Shown piece after piece: positions 1 through 13,176 of a stretch of DNA of 64,000 bases; the stretch's first letter is position 1; each line of letters begins with the position of its first letter. Under the pieces are notes generated by a model. The model was not told where the DNA came from, searched no databases, and saw only the letters and a program-made list of their open reading frames with translations. The stretch is from Octopus sinensis (Eukaryota), in NCBI RefSeq assembly GCF_006345805.1, contig NC_043000.1:39556001-39620000 (forward strand), written 5' to 3'. Position numbers and translations under genes: made by a program.

Positions 1-180
1 TATATATATATACCAAAGACTGTATATATATACATGTAATGTGACAATTTGCGACAACCAATAATTAACGCAACCAAATTTCCAATAATATATTTGTTTT
101 ATCCTTTTCTGCCAATTTTTCCAAATATTCTCATCACACTATTGAACTTCTCTGTTACCAAACACTATATTTATACATGT

Positions 181-320
181 AATGTGACAATTATGTATAA
201 AAAAACATTTTTGAATTCATAATATCCAATGTGACAATTATGTAAAAAACTTTTTTGAATGCATAATATTCAATGTGACAATTATGTAAAAAACTTTTTT
301 GAACCCATATTATTCAATGT
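181..320. repeat. ~45-bp tandem repeat (3 copies) upstream of a hammerhead motif
   Basis: aatgtgacaattatgtaaaaaac...tttttgaa recurs at 181, 228 and 272. Confidence 0.8.
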
Positions 321-331
321 TACTTTTAATG

Positions 332-376
332 TTACTTTTGACAATCTTTTACCAAAGAGTGAAACCGGTTAAGTAA
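332..376 (+). ncRNA. Minimal type I hammerhead ribozyme motif (U3:A8 core variant)
   Basis: ttactt|ttgacaa|tcttt-tacc-aaaga-gt|gaaa|ccgg|tt|aagtaa: 6-bp stem I, palindromic ACCGGU stem III, GUU triplet; stem II has 2 extra nt. Confidence 0.7.
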
Positions 377-413
377 ATAAACATCGTTTAAATTGCATTT
401 TCAAACCTTTTTT

Positions 414-455
<42 letters not shown>

Positions 456-460
456 TATAT

Positions 461-3400
461 GCTATGCTAAGAGCATGGACGATTGCTAGTGGCGATCCGC
501 CGAACAACATCATCACTGCCGCGCTTAAGAACAATGGATTTCATAGAACCATTGACCAAATAGAACGAAAAAAAGGTGAATTTATCCCGTCTTACATGCT
601 TATAAGACCACACATCAAAACATTGGATAACATAATTGAAAATTATTGAGGCAAGGCTGATGAGGATGAAGAGGACGAAAAAGAGAAGGAATCAGGAAGT
701 CTCTGTGATCCAGGGGTTCCTCAGGAAAATGGATCTCCTACCCCGGTGAACGACCAGGTAGTGAAGGATAGGGGAGCCAAGGGAGAAGAAACCGGAAGCC
801 CCCCTGTACCAGTGGTCCTACAAAGAAATGAGAAATTAGAAAAACAGAAGAAAAAAGGAAGGACCGAAAACAAAAATAAGGAGGGAAAGGGAAGAAAAGG
901 CAAACAATCAAAGCTGAAACCCCAACCCACCACACAAACAGCAGAGAACCCCATGGAGGATCCGATGCCACCCAGTACACTTCAGGAAAGAAGAAATCTG
1001 GAAGGCACCGAAGAACCTGTAAATTCTACCTGCGGGGCAAATGTTGGCATGGGGAGGACGGCAAAAACTGCCGGTTCGCCCACCCGACACCCCGCCAGAA
1101 CTTCAGGGGACTCAAAGAGAAGAGCTTTACTGAGGGAAGACAAGAAATGTCTCTCAGGAAAACTTTCAGAAAAGAAGCGTGCTCCTCAGATGTTCTGCGC
1201 AACGCAGCAGCTGAGCAAGAGTCTTTTTTATGCATGGCGCAAAGAATTGTCCGGCAGCTAACCTGGCTACACCAAGCACAGAGAAGCAACCCTACCCACC
1301 ACTATGCAAGACCACCCCAGTCAACAGATACGGGATGGCCTCCCCTAATGCCTGCACAGCCGTCACCCCATTACTTTTACTAAATATTGGGGGCCTGTTG
1401 CATCAACATAGAAACAAAATTTCATTCCTGAGAGATCTTACTGCATGCACTCAAGCCCTATGCATAGAACTCAGAAATTCACCTCAGCCCTCATATAGAG
1501 GATGCAGAAGTACACATACCAAACTATGCCATACTGCAAACAGACAGAAGGGAAAGGAGCCATGGTGGAGTTGCTGTATACATCCGAGATGACCTCACAC
1601 TCCAGGTCCGAATGACACTCAAATTCGGTATGTGACACTTTAATTGTATACATAAGACAACATAATATAGTCATATGCAATACATATTGCCCACCGGATG
1701 CTCCACACCACATAGGCAAGTTTGAAGATTGCCTCACAAGAATTAAAGAAATCCTCATGAATCTGGAACACCAAGTGACCATATTTCTTGTGGGTGATTT
1801 CAACTTCTCCGTGGTCAAATGGCCCGAAGGTCTCATACTCTCAGGAATGAATCAATCCAAGCAAGTACAGGTGGAGTCCCCGCTCAACCTCACCAACGCC
1901 TTATTCGTGGAGCAAGTTGTACTCAAACCAACTAGGGCGAATAACATTCTGGATCTCTGCTGCTTCACGAACAATATGGACATCATTCATGATGTGAAAG
2001 TGACACCGACATTAGTTTCGGATCACAACATAATAGAGCTGTCTATGTTTGGGCCAAAAGTAACCAGAGACATACAGCCTAAAAGAAGCACCCAAAATCT
2101 CTCCAATCTGAACTTCCACAAAGCAGATTGGAAATCGATCCAAAAAGAGATCCTCAGAGAGGACTGGCCGGAATGTTTCTCCACACCAGACATTGACATG
2201 AAACTAGAATCTTTCATGTCTTCTGTGCAAGCCGTATGCCAGAAATATGTCCCAGAGCACAAGGCCAAAACGAATAGGAGCAAGATTCCAAGAGACAGGA
2301 AGATTATCATGAGACGACGGACGAAGGTTGCAAATCATCTCAACCAACATCCCAAAAGTAGCGAAACGTCAGCCTAAAAACAACACTGATGGAGATCGAA
2401 AAAAGGCTGCAACAATCCTATGTGAGGGAGAAAGCAGACAAAGAAGCCTGGGTTATAAAAAACATTAAATCAAACCCAAAGGCCTTCTTTCATTACGTGA
2501 AAGAAACAGTCTCAGTACACTACAAGATAGAAACCCTCCTCCAAAAGAATGGCTCCCTCACAGACAGTCCAACTAAGATCAGTGAGATGCTGAATGACCA
2601 GTTCAAAAGTGTCTTTACTACCCCGTTGGAACACAGACAAGTGAACGAACCAGTGGACTCCTTTGGGGCCTCACCTATAACCAGCGAGGCGGTTACAATA
2701 GAATATATTGACATTAGCGAAGAAGATGTCCTACTAGCCATAGATGAAGTGGACACAAACTCAACTGCTGGTCCAGATGGTTTCCCAGCAATCCTCCTCA
2801 AAGCGTGTAAGCATGCCCTGGCAAAACCCCTCAAGATTCTCTTCCAGAGCTTTCTTACAAATGGCAAACTACCAAGCAAGCTGAAGGAGGGAATAATATG
2901 CCCAATACATAAAGGGAAAAGTAGAGCAGATGCCAAAAACTATAGGCCTATCTCTCTGACTTCACACATCAGCAAAGTCATGGTACGGATAGTCAGAAAG
3001 AAACTAATCGCATTCCTTGAGGAAAATAACTTGCTGAGTGATACCCAGCATGGTTTTCGACCAAGTAGGAGCTGCCTGACCCAGCTCTTACAGCATTATG
3101 ACTGGGTGTTGAGGCAGTTACTCAACAAATCAAATGTGGACGTAATCTACCTTGATTTTGCAAAAGCTTTTGACAAGATGGATCATGGTATGATATCCCA
3201 CAAACTGTGTGACCTCGGCATAGCTGGAAAACTTGGAGTGTGGTTACATGACTTCCTGAGAGATAGGAGTCAGGCAGTAGTGGTTAATGGAGCCACCTCT
3301 ATGAACACACAAATAGTGAGTGGTGTTCCACAGGGCACTGTCTTGGGAATACTGCTTCTTATAGTGGCCCTCTCAAATATGCCCTCAAATGTCCGGATAG

Positions 3401-4278
3401 CCAGTCTAGCAAGCTATGCAGACGATACGAAAGTCTCGCAGAAAATACAGAACCCCAGCGATGTTGGACACCTGCAGCAGGAGTTGAACTCAATCTACAG
3501 ATGGGCTGAGGATAATAATATGTAGTTTAATGCTGAAAAATTCCTGGCCCTGCGCTACCTCTTTCCAAGTGCACATTACCAGGATGGCGACAAAGTGCAG
3601 ACGACTGGCTGGATGGATCCTAAAAACATTCAGAACCAGAGATAAGGAAACCATGATGATCCTCTGGCGGACATTTGTCCTCAGCCGCTTGAATTACTGC
3701 TCACAGCTATGGTCACCTACCAGTGTGAAATTAACAGCGGACCTTGAAGCAATCCAGAGAAGATTCAAAAAGAAGATCGTCTCTTTGCAACAGCTCAGCT
3801 ACTGAGAAAGGTTGAAACAGTTAAGACTCTACTCCCTGGAGAGAAGACGGGAGAGGTATGCAGTAATATATGTCTGGAAGATCCTGGAAGGAATTGTGCC
3901 AAATTTTGGCATTGTAAGCTACACCAATGCGAGAACGGGACGACACTGCATAGTACCAAAGATCCCAGCAACGCCATCACGCTTCAGGACCAGCTTCTGC
4001 AACAGCCTGGGTTTCAAGGGCCCACAGCTTTTTAATATTCTCCCAAAGAGTCTGTGGAACTTGCACAAAGTGGATGTAGGGGTTTTTAAATCAAAGCTGG
4101 ACATCTTCCTGTCGAGAGTCCCAGATGAACCTACCTCACGGCAAGAGGTGCAAATGAGAGTAGCTATATCAAACTCCATTCTTCACCAAGTGCCACATAT
4201 TAGAGGAGGTTCTTCGTAATAACAGTGTAGCACAAAACGGCGGTGCATCATCATGGCCGCAGCTCTGAGCTGAAACAA

Positions 4279-4280
<2 letters not shown>
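461..4280 (+). mobile_element. Near full-length decayed CR1-group LINE (copy 1): ORF1-like region, APE endonuclease, RT, 3' tail
   Basis: APE motifs LLNIGGL, LVGDFN, PTRANNILDL; RT motifs YRPISLTSHISK, QHGFR, YLDFAKAFD, GVPQGTVLG, YADD; C-terminal LYSLERRRERY; several stops/frameshifts; tail ggcggtgc...atggccgcagctctgagctgaaac then (TA)n. Confidence 0.93.
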
Positions 4281-4345
<65 letters not shown>

Positions 4346-4570
4346 TATATATATATGTTTATATATGTATATATATATGTGTATACATATATATGTGTAT
4401 ATATGTATATATGTATGTCTATATACGTATATATATATGTGTGTGTGTGTATATGTATATATATATATATAATATATATATATATTATATATATATATAT
4501 ATATATACATGAATATATATATGTATGCATATATATGTATGTGTGTATATATATAAATATATATATCAAA
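4281..4570. repeat. (TA)n/(TATG)n microsatellite
   Basis: Direct reading; one of many similar tracts (e.g. 8630-9125, 22185-22345, 26795-27045, 56140-56335, 59925-60105). Confidence 0.98.
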
Positions 4571-4600
4571 TAAAATTAAAAACAGAACACAATGGATATC

Positions 4601-4691
4601 GCGGTACACGTGTTTCAAGCTTTATAAACAATCTGTTATTACATCAGTGTATTATTGATATAAAAGATGGTTTAAAGCTCTCTTCAGCCGC
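4601..4691 (-). ncRNA. Minimal type I hammerhead ribozyme motif with long stem II
   Basis: Minus strand gcgg|ctgaaga|gagcttta...taaagctt|gaaa|cacgtg|ta|ccgc: canonical core, 4-bp stem I, 8-bp stem II base, palindromic ACACGUGU, GUA triplet. Confidence 0.85.
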
Positions 4692-5994
4692 AAACATTTT
4701 TAGTCCAAAGAATTACATCACAATATAAAAAATATCAAAATTACGTTCAATATTACCCATTATAATAGGTTTATCATATCTCCTTGAAAAAGTGTATTTG
4801 TAAAATTTCCTAACTGTATAAATGTATAAAGATTCATTGGGTTTCAAAAATCTACCCATACTGTATCACCAGTCAACATAGAGTGAATGTTAAATAGATT
4901 GGAATGAGTTTATATTTAATTTTCTTGTATAAGACAGGAAGGAAAATAAGATAGAAAGAAAAAAAAAATTGAGAGAAAAAAATAAAATTAAAAATTAAAA
5001 ACTAAAACAATAAAAAATAAGAAATAAAGAGTAAGAGTACTGGAAGTGAAAGACAATAGAAGCAAAAGACAAGAGTAAAAGCAAAAATAATAAAAGTAAA
5101 AATAAGGATAATAAAGTTAGATCCACATATAAATAAGAATTAGCCAAATAAGAATAAAGTAACAAAAAAGAATATAAAAACAAACGAATTGAGAATATGA
5201 AGTAGAGTAAGAGATAAAGAGATACGATACTAAAGGGCTGAGAATAAGATTTTGGCTTTCATGGGATGGTAGTGGTCATAAATAACTTCTTAATTTTGAC
5301 CACTACTTGAAATACTGAATGAGGTTGTAATTTGATATCGTTGTGATGAATGGTCAGTTTACACAAACCCCGCCACTAAAAGTTACTAGCTTTATAAGTT
5401 TATAGTATATGTATATGTGTGTGTATATACACGTACTCATACACACATATATATAAGCTAACATGCTTGAGCGTATACAAGTATGCCTCGTTATGCACAG
5501 CATTAAATACATAGAATTACACACACATCTCCACACATATCTACAGTTAAACCCTAGTAAGCATATACATACACTACTATATCCACCTATCCTTAAGTAT
5601 ATAGATATCTATACACACACACAAACACACACATATCTTTATACACACTGTATACGTATATAGCACATATTAATAGTGGAAATAAAGAGATTCCGAGTGA
5701 TAGAGGGACTACTAACCTACTTAGTTGTGAAAAAATACCAAATGGAAAAGCATTCCATAAACCCAACAATTTAAACAATAATAAAATAAACAACAGCAGG
5801 AAATTAAATGCTAAAACTGGTGGGAAGCTTGAGTTAGATAATGATGGTAGTGAAGAGAAAGAAATGGTTACTCCTCCCTACATAAATATTAAAACCACTG
5901 GAAATGGGGACATATCTAACAATCAAGTCAAAACTCGGGGAGGGGGGCAGTAATAGAACAGTTAGATCCCGCCCTTACGCTGTAAGTTTGAAAT

Positions 5995-6231
5995 TAAGGA
6001 CTTCGTCTGGTTGAATATTCCTTACAACAGTGCCATATCCACAAACATATATAGGAAATTTATGGCTTGTTTAGAAAAAAACTTCCCTAATTCCCATGGA
6101 TATAACAGAATCTTTTCCCCGTAAGATAGTTACAATCTCGTATTCTACTCTTCCCAGTATGGGTACCATCATAGCTAGATTAAATAAGAATATAAAATTA
6201 GCAAGAGGTGATAATAATAATAATAATAATA

Positions 6232-6296
<65 letters not shown>

Positions 6297-7030
6297 GTAA
6301 TAGTACTGTCAACAATAACATAAACACCCACAATGAGAATAGTAACATTAATGGTGATTTGGAAATTAGAAATGGTGGCGTTAATACTTCTAATATACAC
6401 AATATAGACAGTAGCTCTGGTGCCTATACATAGAATTAGAAATTATTGATATGCCTGTTGATGTTGAAGCAGATTTGAATGATACTACAGTTGAAAGCGG
6501 GATAGATAATGGACACAGACATGAATAAATACACTCGATAGTAGTTGTATGATTAATAATAATAATGAGAATATAAATAATAATAACAACAATATGAATA
6601 TCAATAATACTAATATTAATAGTAATAATTCTTCTAGTTGCAATTGTAGAGTTAGGTCCCACTGTCCGTTATTAGGACGATGTCTTACCCAGAACGTAAT
6701 TTATAAATGTACAATCATAACTATAACTGGTAACTTTATATATATAGGATGTTTGATTAATATGAAAAAAAAAAGGATTTATAATCATTTTTTCTTTTAG
6801 ACGTAAGCATAAGGCTAACTGTACGTCATTATCTAGTAAGTTTTGGGAACTGAAGGAAAGCGGGATTGAGCTTAGCCTTAAGAGGGAAATAATGAGGAAA
6901 GCACAGCCTTATAGAAATTTTAGATACGGTTGCGAGCTGTGCTCTATGGAAACATATGAGATTTATAAGCATAAGGACATGAGCAACCTGATTCACAATA
7001 GATTAGACCTAAGGGTATCATGTGTACATA
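5995..7030 (+). mobile_element. Penelope-like element 3' remnant (RT-endonuclease linker + GIY-YIG), family B
   Basis: WLNIPYNSAISTNIYRKFMACLEKNF, VTISYSTLPSMGTIIARLNK, CNCRVRSHCPLLGRCLTQNVIYKC, YIGC..KKRIYNH, GCELCSME; interrupted by (AAT)n and frameshifts. Confidence 0.8.
6209..6296 (+). repeat. (AAT)n microsatellite inside the PLE linker
   Basis: Direct reading. Confidence 0.95.
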
Positions 7031-7303
7031 GTGTCACCTGTACTTAGAAATATTTTCGAAATTAGCGTTTTATAAGTGTTATGCTTGGGCTGAATTGAGG
7101 GAAACTAACTTTTGATTTTTTCGGTGTTGTATCTAATAATATTTACCCTCTAGTATTATATATATAAAATTAATCATGTGATATTCAATTACATGAGGAA
7201 TTAAAGTACACTGTGTATGATATAAGTTATATAGTATTGTAAGTTAGAGTGCTACATGGAGTTATTATACTATCCTATGAATATTCCTACCTAGTTAGTC
7301 TAA

Positions 7304-7975
7304 CTTCATCATGGTTTTAGTAATTAAACTATGTATTCCTTCCTGTAGTGTTCCACCCTTCTGATCATATTATTTTTATAAAGGCCTTTATGTAAGTCCT
7401 CCTAATTATGTACCCCTAGAAAACTATATTATCATGTATGTATTAACACAGGAAACTTTATAACTAATAATTAATATGCAGTTAGCATGTTCTATCGCCC
7501 CAATATTTCTTTAGTAAATACCAGTGATCAGTCTTTATAGATACCACCTAATTAATAAATCATTAAGTAAAATTATAGAATTTTTTTTTTAATTCTATAT
7601 AATTTTCTCTTTCGATTGATGATAATATGATATATATACTTCCTCATGGTTTTAGTGATTAAACTATTTATTCATTTCTATGGTGTTCTACCCTAGTGAT
7701 CATATTATTTTTTTATAATAGCCTTTATGTAAGTAAGCGTTCTAATTGTGTACCCCTAGAAATTTATATTAGCTTGTATATAATAGCACCAGTAAATTCA
7801 CAACTTATAATATACCTCTCAGATTATAATTAATATACAGTTAGCATGTTATATCAGCCCAGCATTTCTTTAGTAAATGCCAGTGTTCAGACTTTATAGA
7901 TACCACCTAATAAATAAATGATTGAGTATATGACAGGATATTAAACTAATTCTATGTAATTTTTTCTCTCTCTAT
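7304..7975. repeat. Diverged ~335-bp tandem duplication
   Basis: cttc(a/c)tcatggttttagt..ttaaactat at 7304 and 7639; shared gtacccctagaaa, gttagcatgtt, tttatagataccacctaat. Confidence 0.8.
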
Positions 7976-8520
7976 TGTTGAAAATTTGGTATATAAAATA
8001 ACTTTTCAAAATTTATATTTTGGTTATAATATTTTTCTTGATAACCCTAAATTTTATCTTTATACAACATAACAATATTGTTTCAATCAATCATGTATAG
8101 TACCCTATGATAAAAGTTTCTCTGCATTATCATCATTGGTTTTATTAGCGTCTTGCCCCTTTAACTGGTAATTAACAACTTAAGGTCTTCCATTATCCAG
8201 CCCCATTATAACCAGATACTTTATACTACTTCAAAATAATCTTAACAAGGTTTATGACTATACCCACTATGATTCTGACAGTTCACTCATTCCCTTTCCT
8301 AACAGACACTATTCTCTAGTCTGAGATTTGAATATACAAAGATTTGATAAACAAGTCTATTAAATTAAAACTGAACAAAAATCAGTGAAAAACTATGACC
8401 CTAACAATTTTTTCCTAATATCTTAGAAGCATGGACTTTGACTGTCTTGTTACCTTCTTAGCGGATTTAAGTAAAATTATACAAATAGGTCTGACTGATT
8501 AAATAAATTCTATTTATTTT

Positions 8521-8606
8521 TGCAGCTGAAGATAGCCCTGTATTTAAATTCATGTAATGATTGTGTTGTTCAATTAAATGGAGTTGCTTGAAATGGCTGT
8601 ACTCCA
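8521..8606 (+). ncRNA. Hammerhead ribozyme motif at the 3' end of the family B PLE
   Basis: tgcag|ctgaaga|tagc...gctt|gaaa|tggctg|ta|ctcca: canonical core, stem I 4 of 5 pairs, wobble-palindromic stem III, ~34 nt before (TA)n. Confidence 0.6.
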
Positions 8607-8946
8607 TCACCTCTTGATATCTTGTTGTTTATTTTGATGTATATATATATGTTAATATATATATTTCTAAATATATGTATATATATATATATATATGTAC
8701 ATATATAGGTGTATATATGCATATATTTGTATGCATATATATAATATATATATATATATATATGCATATATGTATGTATATATATATATGTGTATATATG
8801 TATATACATATACATATGTATATATATATATGTATATATGTATATATGTATATACATATACATATGTATACATATGTATGAATATATATGTATATATATA
8901 TATATATATGCATATATGTATGTATATATATATATATGCATATATG

Positions 8947-8993
<47 letters not shown>

Positions 8994-9038
8994 GTATGTA
9001 TGTATATGTATAAGTATATATGTATATATGCATATATG

Positions 9039-9069
<31 letters not shown>

Positions 9070-9127
9070 TATATATAATATATATATATATATATTATAT
9101 ATGTGTATTTATATATAAATATATAAG

Positions 9128-9611
9128 TCTCCTCCTTTGTACGGCCACACCTCGAATACTGCTGCCCACTGTGGTCTCCCTATACAAGACAAAACATCTC
9201 AAGGATTGAATCACCCCAGAGGGCACTCACTAAACGAATTGAAGGCATGGCTGCTCTCGATTATTGGGATCGCCTTAAAGCCTTGAAACTCTACTCTCTC
9301 CAGCGTAACCGTGAGCGGTACATCATTTGTACGATGTGGAGAATATACCGCCAACTTTTCCCAAATGACCTGAACACTAGCTTCAGGATTCATCCAAGAC
9401 TGGGGCCACGGGCCATACGCCCACTGCCCTATTCAAGATCACAGCATACATGTACACTGCAACATAATTTCTTTTCCTCAACAGGCCCTGCCCATTTAAC
9501 ATTGTCCCAAAAGAGATCAAAGAGGAAAAGGATCCCATCAATTTTAAACAGTCTGGATAGATTCCTTCAAGGAATACCAGATAAGCCTCCCATAATTGGT
9601 TACATTGCATA
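9128..9611 (+). mobile_element. CR1-group LINE, second family, ORF2 C-terminal fragment
   Basis: [16 protein letters not shown]...YWDRLKALKLYSLQRNRERY...LDRFLQGIPDKP. Confidence 0.85.
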
Positions 9612-11095
9612 AGAGAGTTCGATGCAGCTGCCCTCATCTGCACCTCCTGCCGTGAAGTTGGTTCATCTGGGACACCTGACGAGAAGAGATCCAGTTTCAT
9701 TTTAAAGACATTTGCATCCACCCCATGCAGGTCTCTTAGGTTCTCCGGGAGGATATTGAAGAGCTGTGGGCCTCGGAAGCCCAGGCTATCACAGTATCTT
9801 GTCCTACATCTTGATGGCAAATTTGGAGTCCTTGGCACTATGCAGTGGCGCCCAGTTCTGGCATTTGTGTAACTCTCGATGACAAAGTTTGGGACAAGTC
9901 CTTCTAGGATCTTCCAGATGTATATTATGGCATATCTTTCTCGCATACGCTCTAAGAAATAGAGTCTTAATCTCTTGAGTCTTTCCCAGTAGCTTATATG
10001 CTGCACAGAGGCTATCTTCTTCGTGTAGCTTCGTTGGATCGCCTCAAGTTCTGTGATTAACTTGACACTGGATGGTGACCATAGCTGAGAGCAATAGTCA
10101 AAGTGGCTTAGGACAAGTGTCCTCCAGAGGACCATCATGGTTTCCTGGTCTCTTGTTCTAAAGGTTCTAAGAATCCATCCGGTCAGCCGCCTACATTTCA
10201 TTGCCAATTTAGCAACATGCACATGAAAGGTTGCATCATCACTCATGTAAATACCCAGGTCTCGCACTGATTGTGCCTCTGGGATTGCAATCCCTCCAGG
10301 TCCAGTGTATTTATTGGGTATTGCATTTAGATTTGCATGCTGATAGCATAAAGCTTGAAACTTTTCAGCATTGAACTGCATGTTATTCTTTTCAGCCCAC
10401 TTGTATATTTTGTCCAGGTCACATTGCAGGTGCTTAGTGTCTTCAGGGTTTTGTACTGCCTGTGAAATTTTTGTATCATCTGCATAACTTGTGATCGTGG
10501 CTCTCTGCGTGGTTGAGTGCTTGTCTGAGAGGGCCATTATGAACAGTAGTGGTCCCAGAACTGTACCTTGCGGAACAACGCTCACTATTTGCGTGTTAAT
10601 GGAGGTGGCCCCATTGGCTACTACCACCTGACTTCAGAAGCCATTCCCCCAATTTTCCAACTATGCCAAGATCACGCAGTTTGTGACATATCATTCCATG
10701 ATTGACTTTATCAAAGGCCTTTACAAAGTCGAGATATATGACTTCCACATTTGAGTGGTTGAGCAGTCGTTTCAACACCCAGTCATAGTGTTGTAGGAGC
10801 TGAGTTAAGCAGCTTCTTCCTAGTCGGAAACCATGTTGGGTGCCAGACAGCAAGTTATTTTCTTCAAGGAAGGTGATTGTTTCCTTCTGACTATTCGTTC
10901 CATGACCTTGCTGATGTGTGAGGTCAGAGAGATAGGTCTGTAGTTCTTGGCCTCCGCTCTGCTACCTCCTTTATGAATAGGGCATATTTTACCTTCCTTC
11001 AGTTTTCTTGAAGTTTGCCAGTTGCAAGGAAGCTCTGAAAGCGGAACCGCAGTGGTCTTGCTAGGACTCTCTTACATACTTTTAGAAGGAAGAGC
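9612..11095 (-). mobile_element. CR1-group LINE copy 2 (RT and C-terminal region, truncated at both ends)
   Basis: YRPISLTSHISKV, QHGFR, YLDFVKAFD, VPQGTVLGP, YADD, ..PDEPTSRQEVQMR; collinear with copy 1. Confidence 0.93.
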
Positions 11096-11324
11096 TCAAA
11101 TCAGGTAAACTAAGGTGAACACACACACACACACATATGTGAGTGTTTAATTAAGATAAAATTTAAAATCGTCTTAGTTGAAACACCAATTGATATATTA
11201 GAGATGTAAAAATGCTAAAAATAAACCTGGGCATATATGTATACGTATATATAAATGCATTAGTAATGGAATATAGTTAAAACCGTTTTATATGTGATTG
11301 TGTGTGTATTTCTGTGATTGGGGC

Positions 11325-11520
11325 TGAGTTTGTCCCACCCCACCATTGTTTTACAACCGATGCTGGTGGTTTTACTTTACCGAAAATAAGTAGTTTGGAA
11401 AAAAAGACAGAATAATACTAGGCTTATTCAGAAACAATGCTAGGATCGATTTGTTCGGCTAAAACCCCTTAAGACGGAGCTCCAGCATGGTCGCATTTAA
11501 CAGAATAAAAGAATATATAT
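11325..11520 (+). mobile_element. SINE family A, 3' half (decayed)
   Basis: acaaccgatgctggtg...tactaggctt...aagacggagctccagcatggtcgca tail; homologous to 52746-53108. Confidence 0.7.
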
Positions 11521-11956
11521 ATATGTGGATTTGTGTGTTGGTATGTTAAAAGAAAAATAGACATATCCTTGGATAAAATTTTGCACTGTCATTACGATTA
11601 AATTTCAGAGAAGCAAAATCTTTTAATAGATCTTCCCTTTAAATACTCAATCTGACACTCACACCCACTTGCTTTGTTGTGTCAGCCTATTTTACTAGTC
11701 TCAACCACCTGAAAAACTACCAAGTTTATTTTATAAGACATATTTCTTTGTGTGTGCGTTTATTCTGAAATCACTTATTATTTATGACGAAATATTGCAG
11801 TTTATATGGTTTGAAATAGCAGTTACTTACAGCAGAGCAAAACCGATTAATAGACTTCAACTATAGTTCGCCCTACTCAAGTTGTTTTATTCTCTATCGA
11901 CAAGTTTGATCGACAGGGAACATTGCTATTTATTCTAGATTAGATATTCATCTATA

Positions 11957-12098
11957 GGCGTGGTTGTGTGGTAAGAAGCTCGCTTCACAATCTCATGGCT
12001 TCCAGTTCAGGCCCACAGCATGGAATCTTGGCGTCATCTACTATAGCATCGGGTGCCTTGTCAATGGATTTGCAGACGAAAGCAGAAACCCGTGGTAC

Positions 12099-12100
<2 letters not shown>
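11957..12100 (+). mobile_element. SINE family A, tRNA-derived head
   Basis: ggcgtggttgtgtggtaagaagc (A-box-like)...agttcaggccca (B-box-like)...gaaacccgt then (TA)n. Confidence 0.75.
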
Positions 12101-12151
<51 letters not shown>

Positions 12152-12157
<6 letters not shown>

Positions 12158-13176
12158 TTAGAGATAAAACCACTATTAGGCAAATCAAACAGTGAAAAAA
12201 ACATAAGCCAATACATAAATTAGATAAATAATTAGATAAACTTTGATAAACTTAGATATGTTTCGACTAAAGATTGGTCCAGGCTATGTCTAATTTAATA
12301 GCATTTGTCTTTTCAAATTGATATTCGCTAGTTATTCCCATTGATAATTATATTTATAGTATTTATAGTATTTATTCGATACTATATTACTACGAATTTA
12401 TTATTTCTATAAGTACTTTACATAAGATTTCCGAAAGTTCGTTTAAGTTTGTTTATTTGTAATTTTGAAATTAGCTATTTCATCTTTAAATATGAAAAAT
12501 TAATTTATTAGGTTTTTATTATATGTGCATATATATTTATTTATTGAGATTATTTTAGATCTTAATTATTATATACATTTATATATTTTCATTGATAATT
12601 TATATATAATAGTCATTTTTAAATATTTATGTAATTAGATATAGATTATTACCGATATTAGATTATTGGTGGGTTTCCTACCTTATAAATTAAAATTAAT
12701 ATTTAACATTATAGTCGATTTTGATATAATCATAATTGTTAAGTTTTATGTTTCTAGTTTGATAATAGAGTTTATTATAAGTAAAATTATTATATTATTT
12801 ATATCTTAAAAATATTGTTTAAATATTTCTGATTATTTTTTAAATATTTCAATTAACCTGAAGATTGACTGTAATCATAACTCGAATTATTAATTGAATT
12901 TAAATTATTGTTATTCGAATAGGTACAGCCATGAAACGATCGTTGTGTTTTACTCTTTATCTTTTATTAAACTTTTAATACTTTTGATATATATTTAAAA
13001 TAATATAAATTAAATTAATCTTATGAATTGGCTTATGTTTTTCACTGTTTGATTTGCCTAATAGTGGTTTTATCTCTAATTTAATATAATATAATATAAT
13101 ATATTTATACTATAAAATTGGATTTAATCCTAAATCTGATTTTTCCCTGTAAGTTTGGATTTATTCCCTAATATTT

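Noticed and set aside
657-690. ctgatga...gaaa
   Set aside because: No stem II or III; acidic-codon run inside the LINE 5' region
4169-4618. Many YI/IY/VC/HT-rich ORFs in the track (also ~8.6-9.2, 22.1-22.4, 24.2-24.5, 26.8-27.1, 30.1-31.1, 56.1 and 59.9 kb)
   Set aside because: Translations of (TA)n, (TG)n and (GATA)n microsatellites
9383-9611. C-terminal part of the 414-aa ORF
   Set aside because: Read-through into the antisense strand of another LINE
11957-12030. tRNA genes at SINE heads
   Set aside because: Only A/B-box-like remnants attached to SINE bodies; no cloverleaf
12250-12290. Minus-strand gac..gtc-gaaacatatc HHR-like remnant
   Set aside because: Core incomplete (cctg only) and stem III not palindromic
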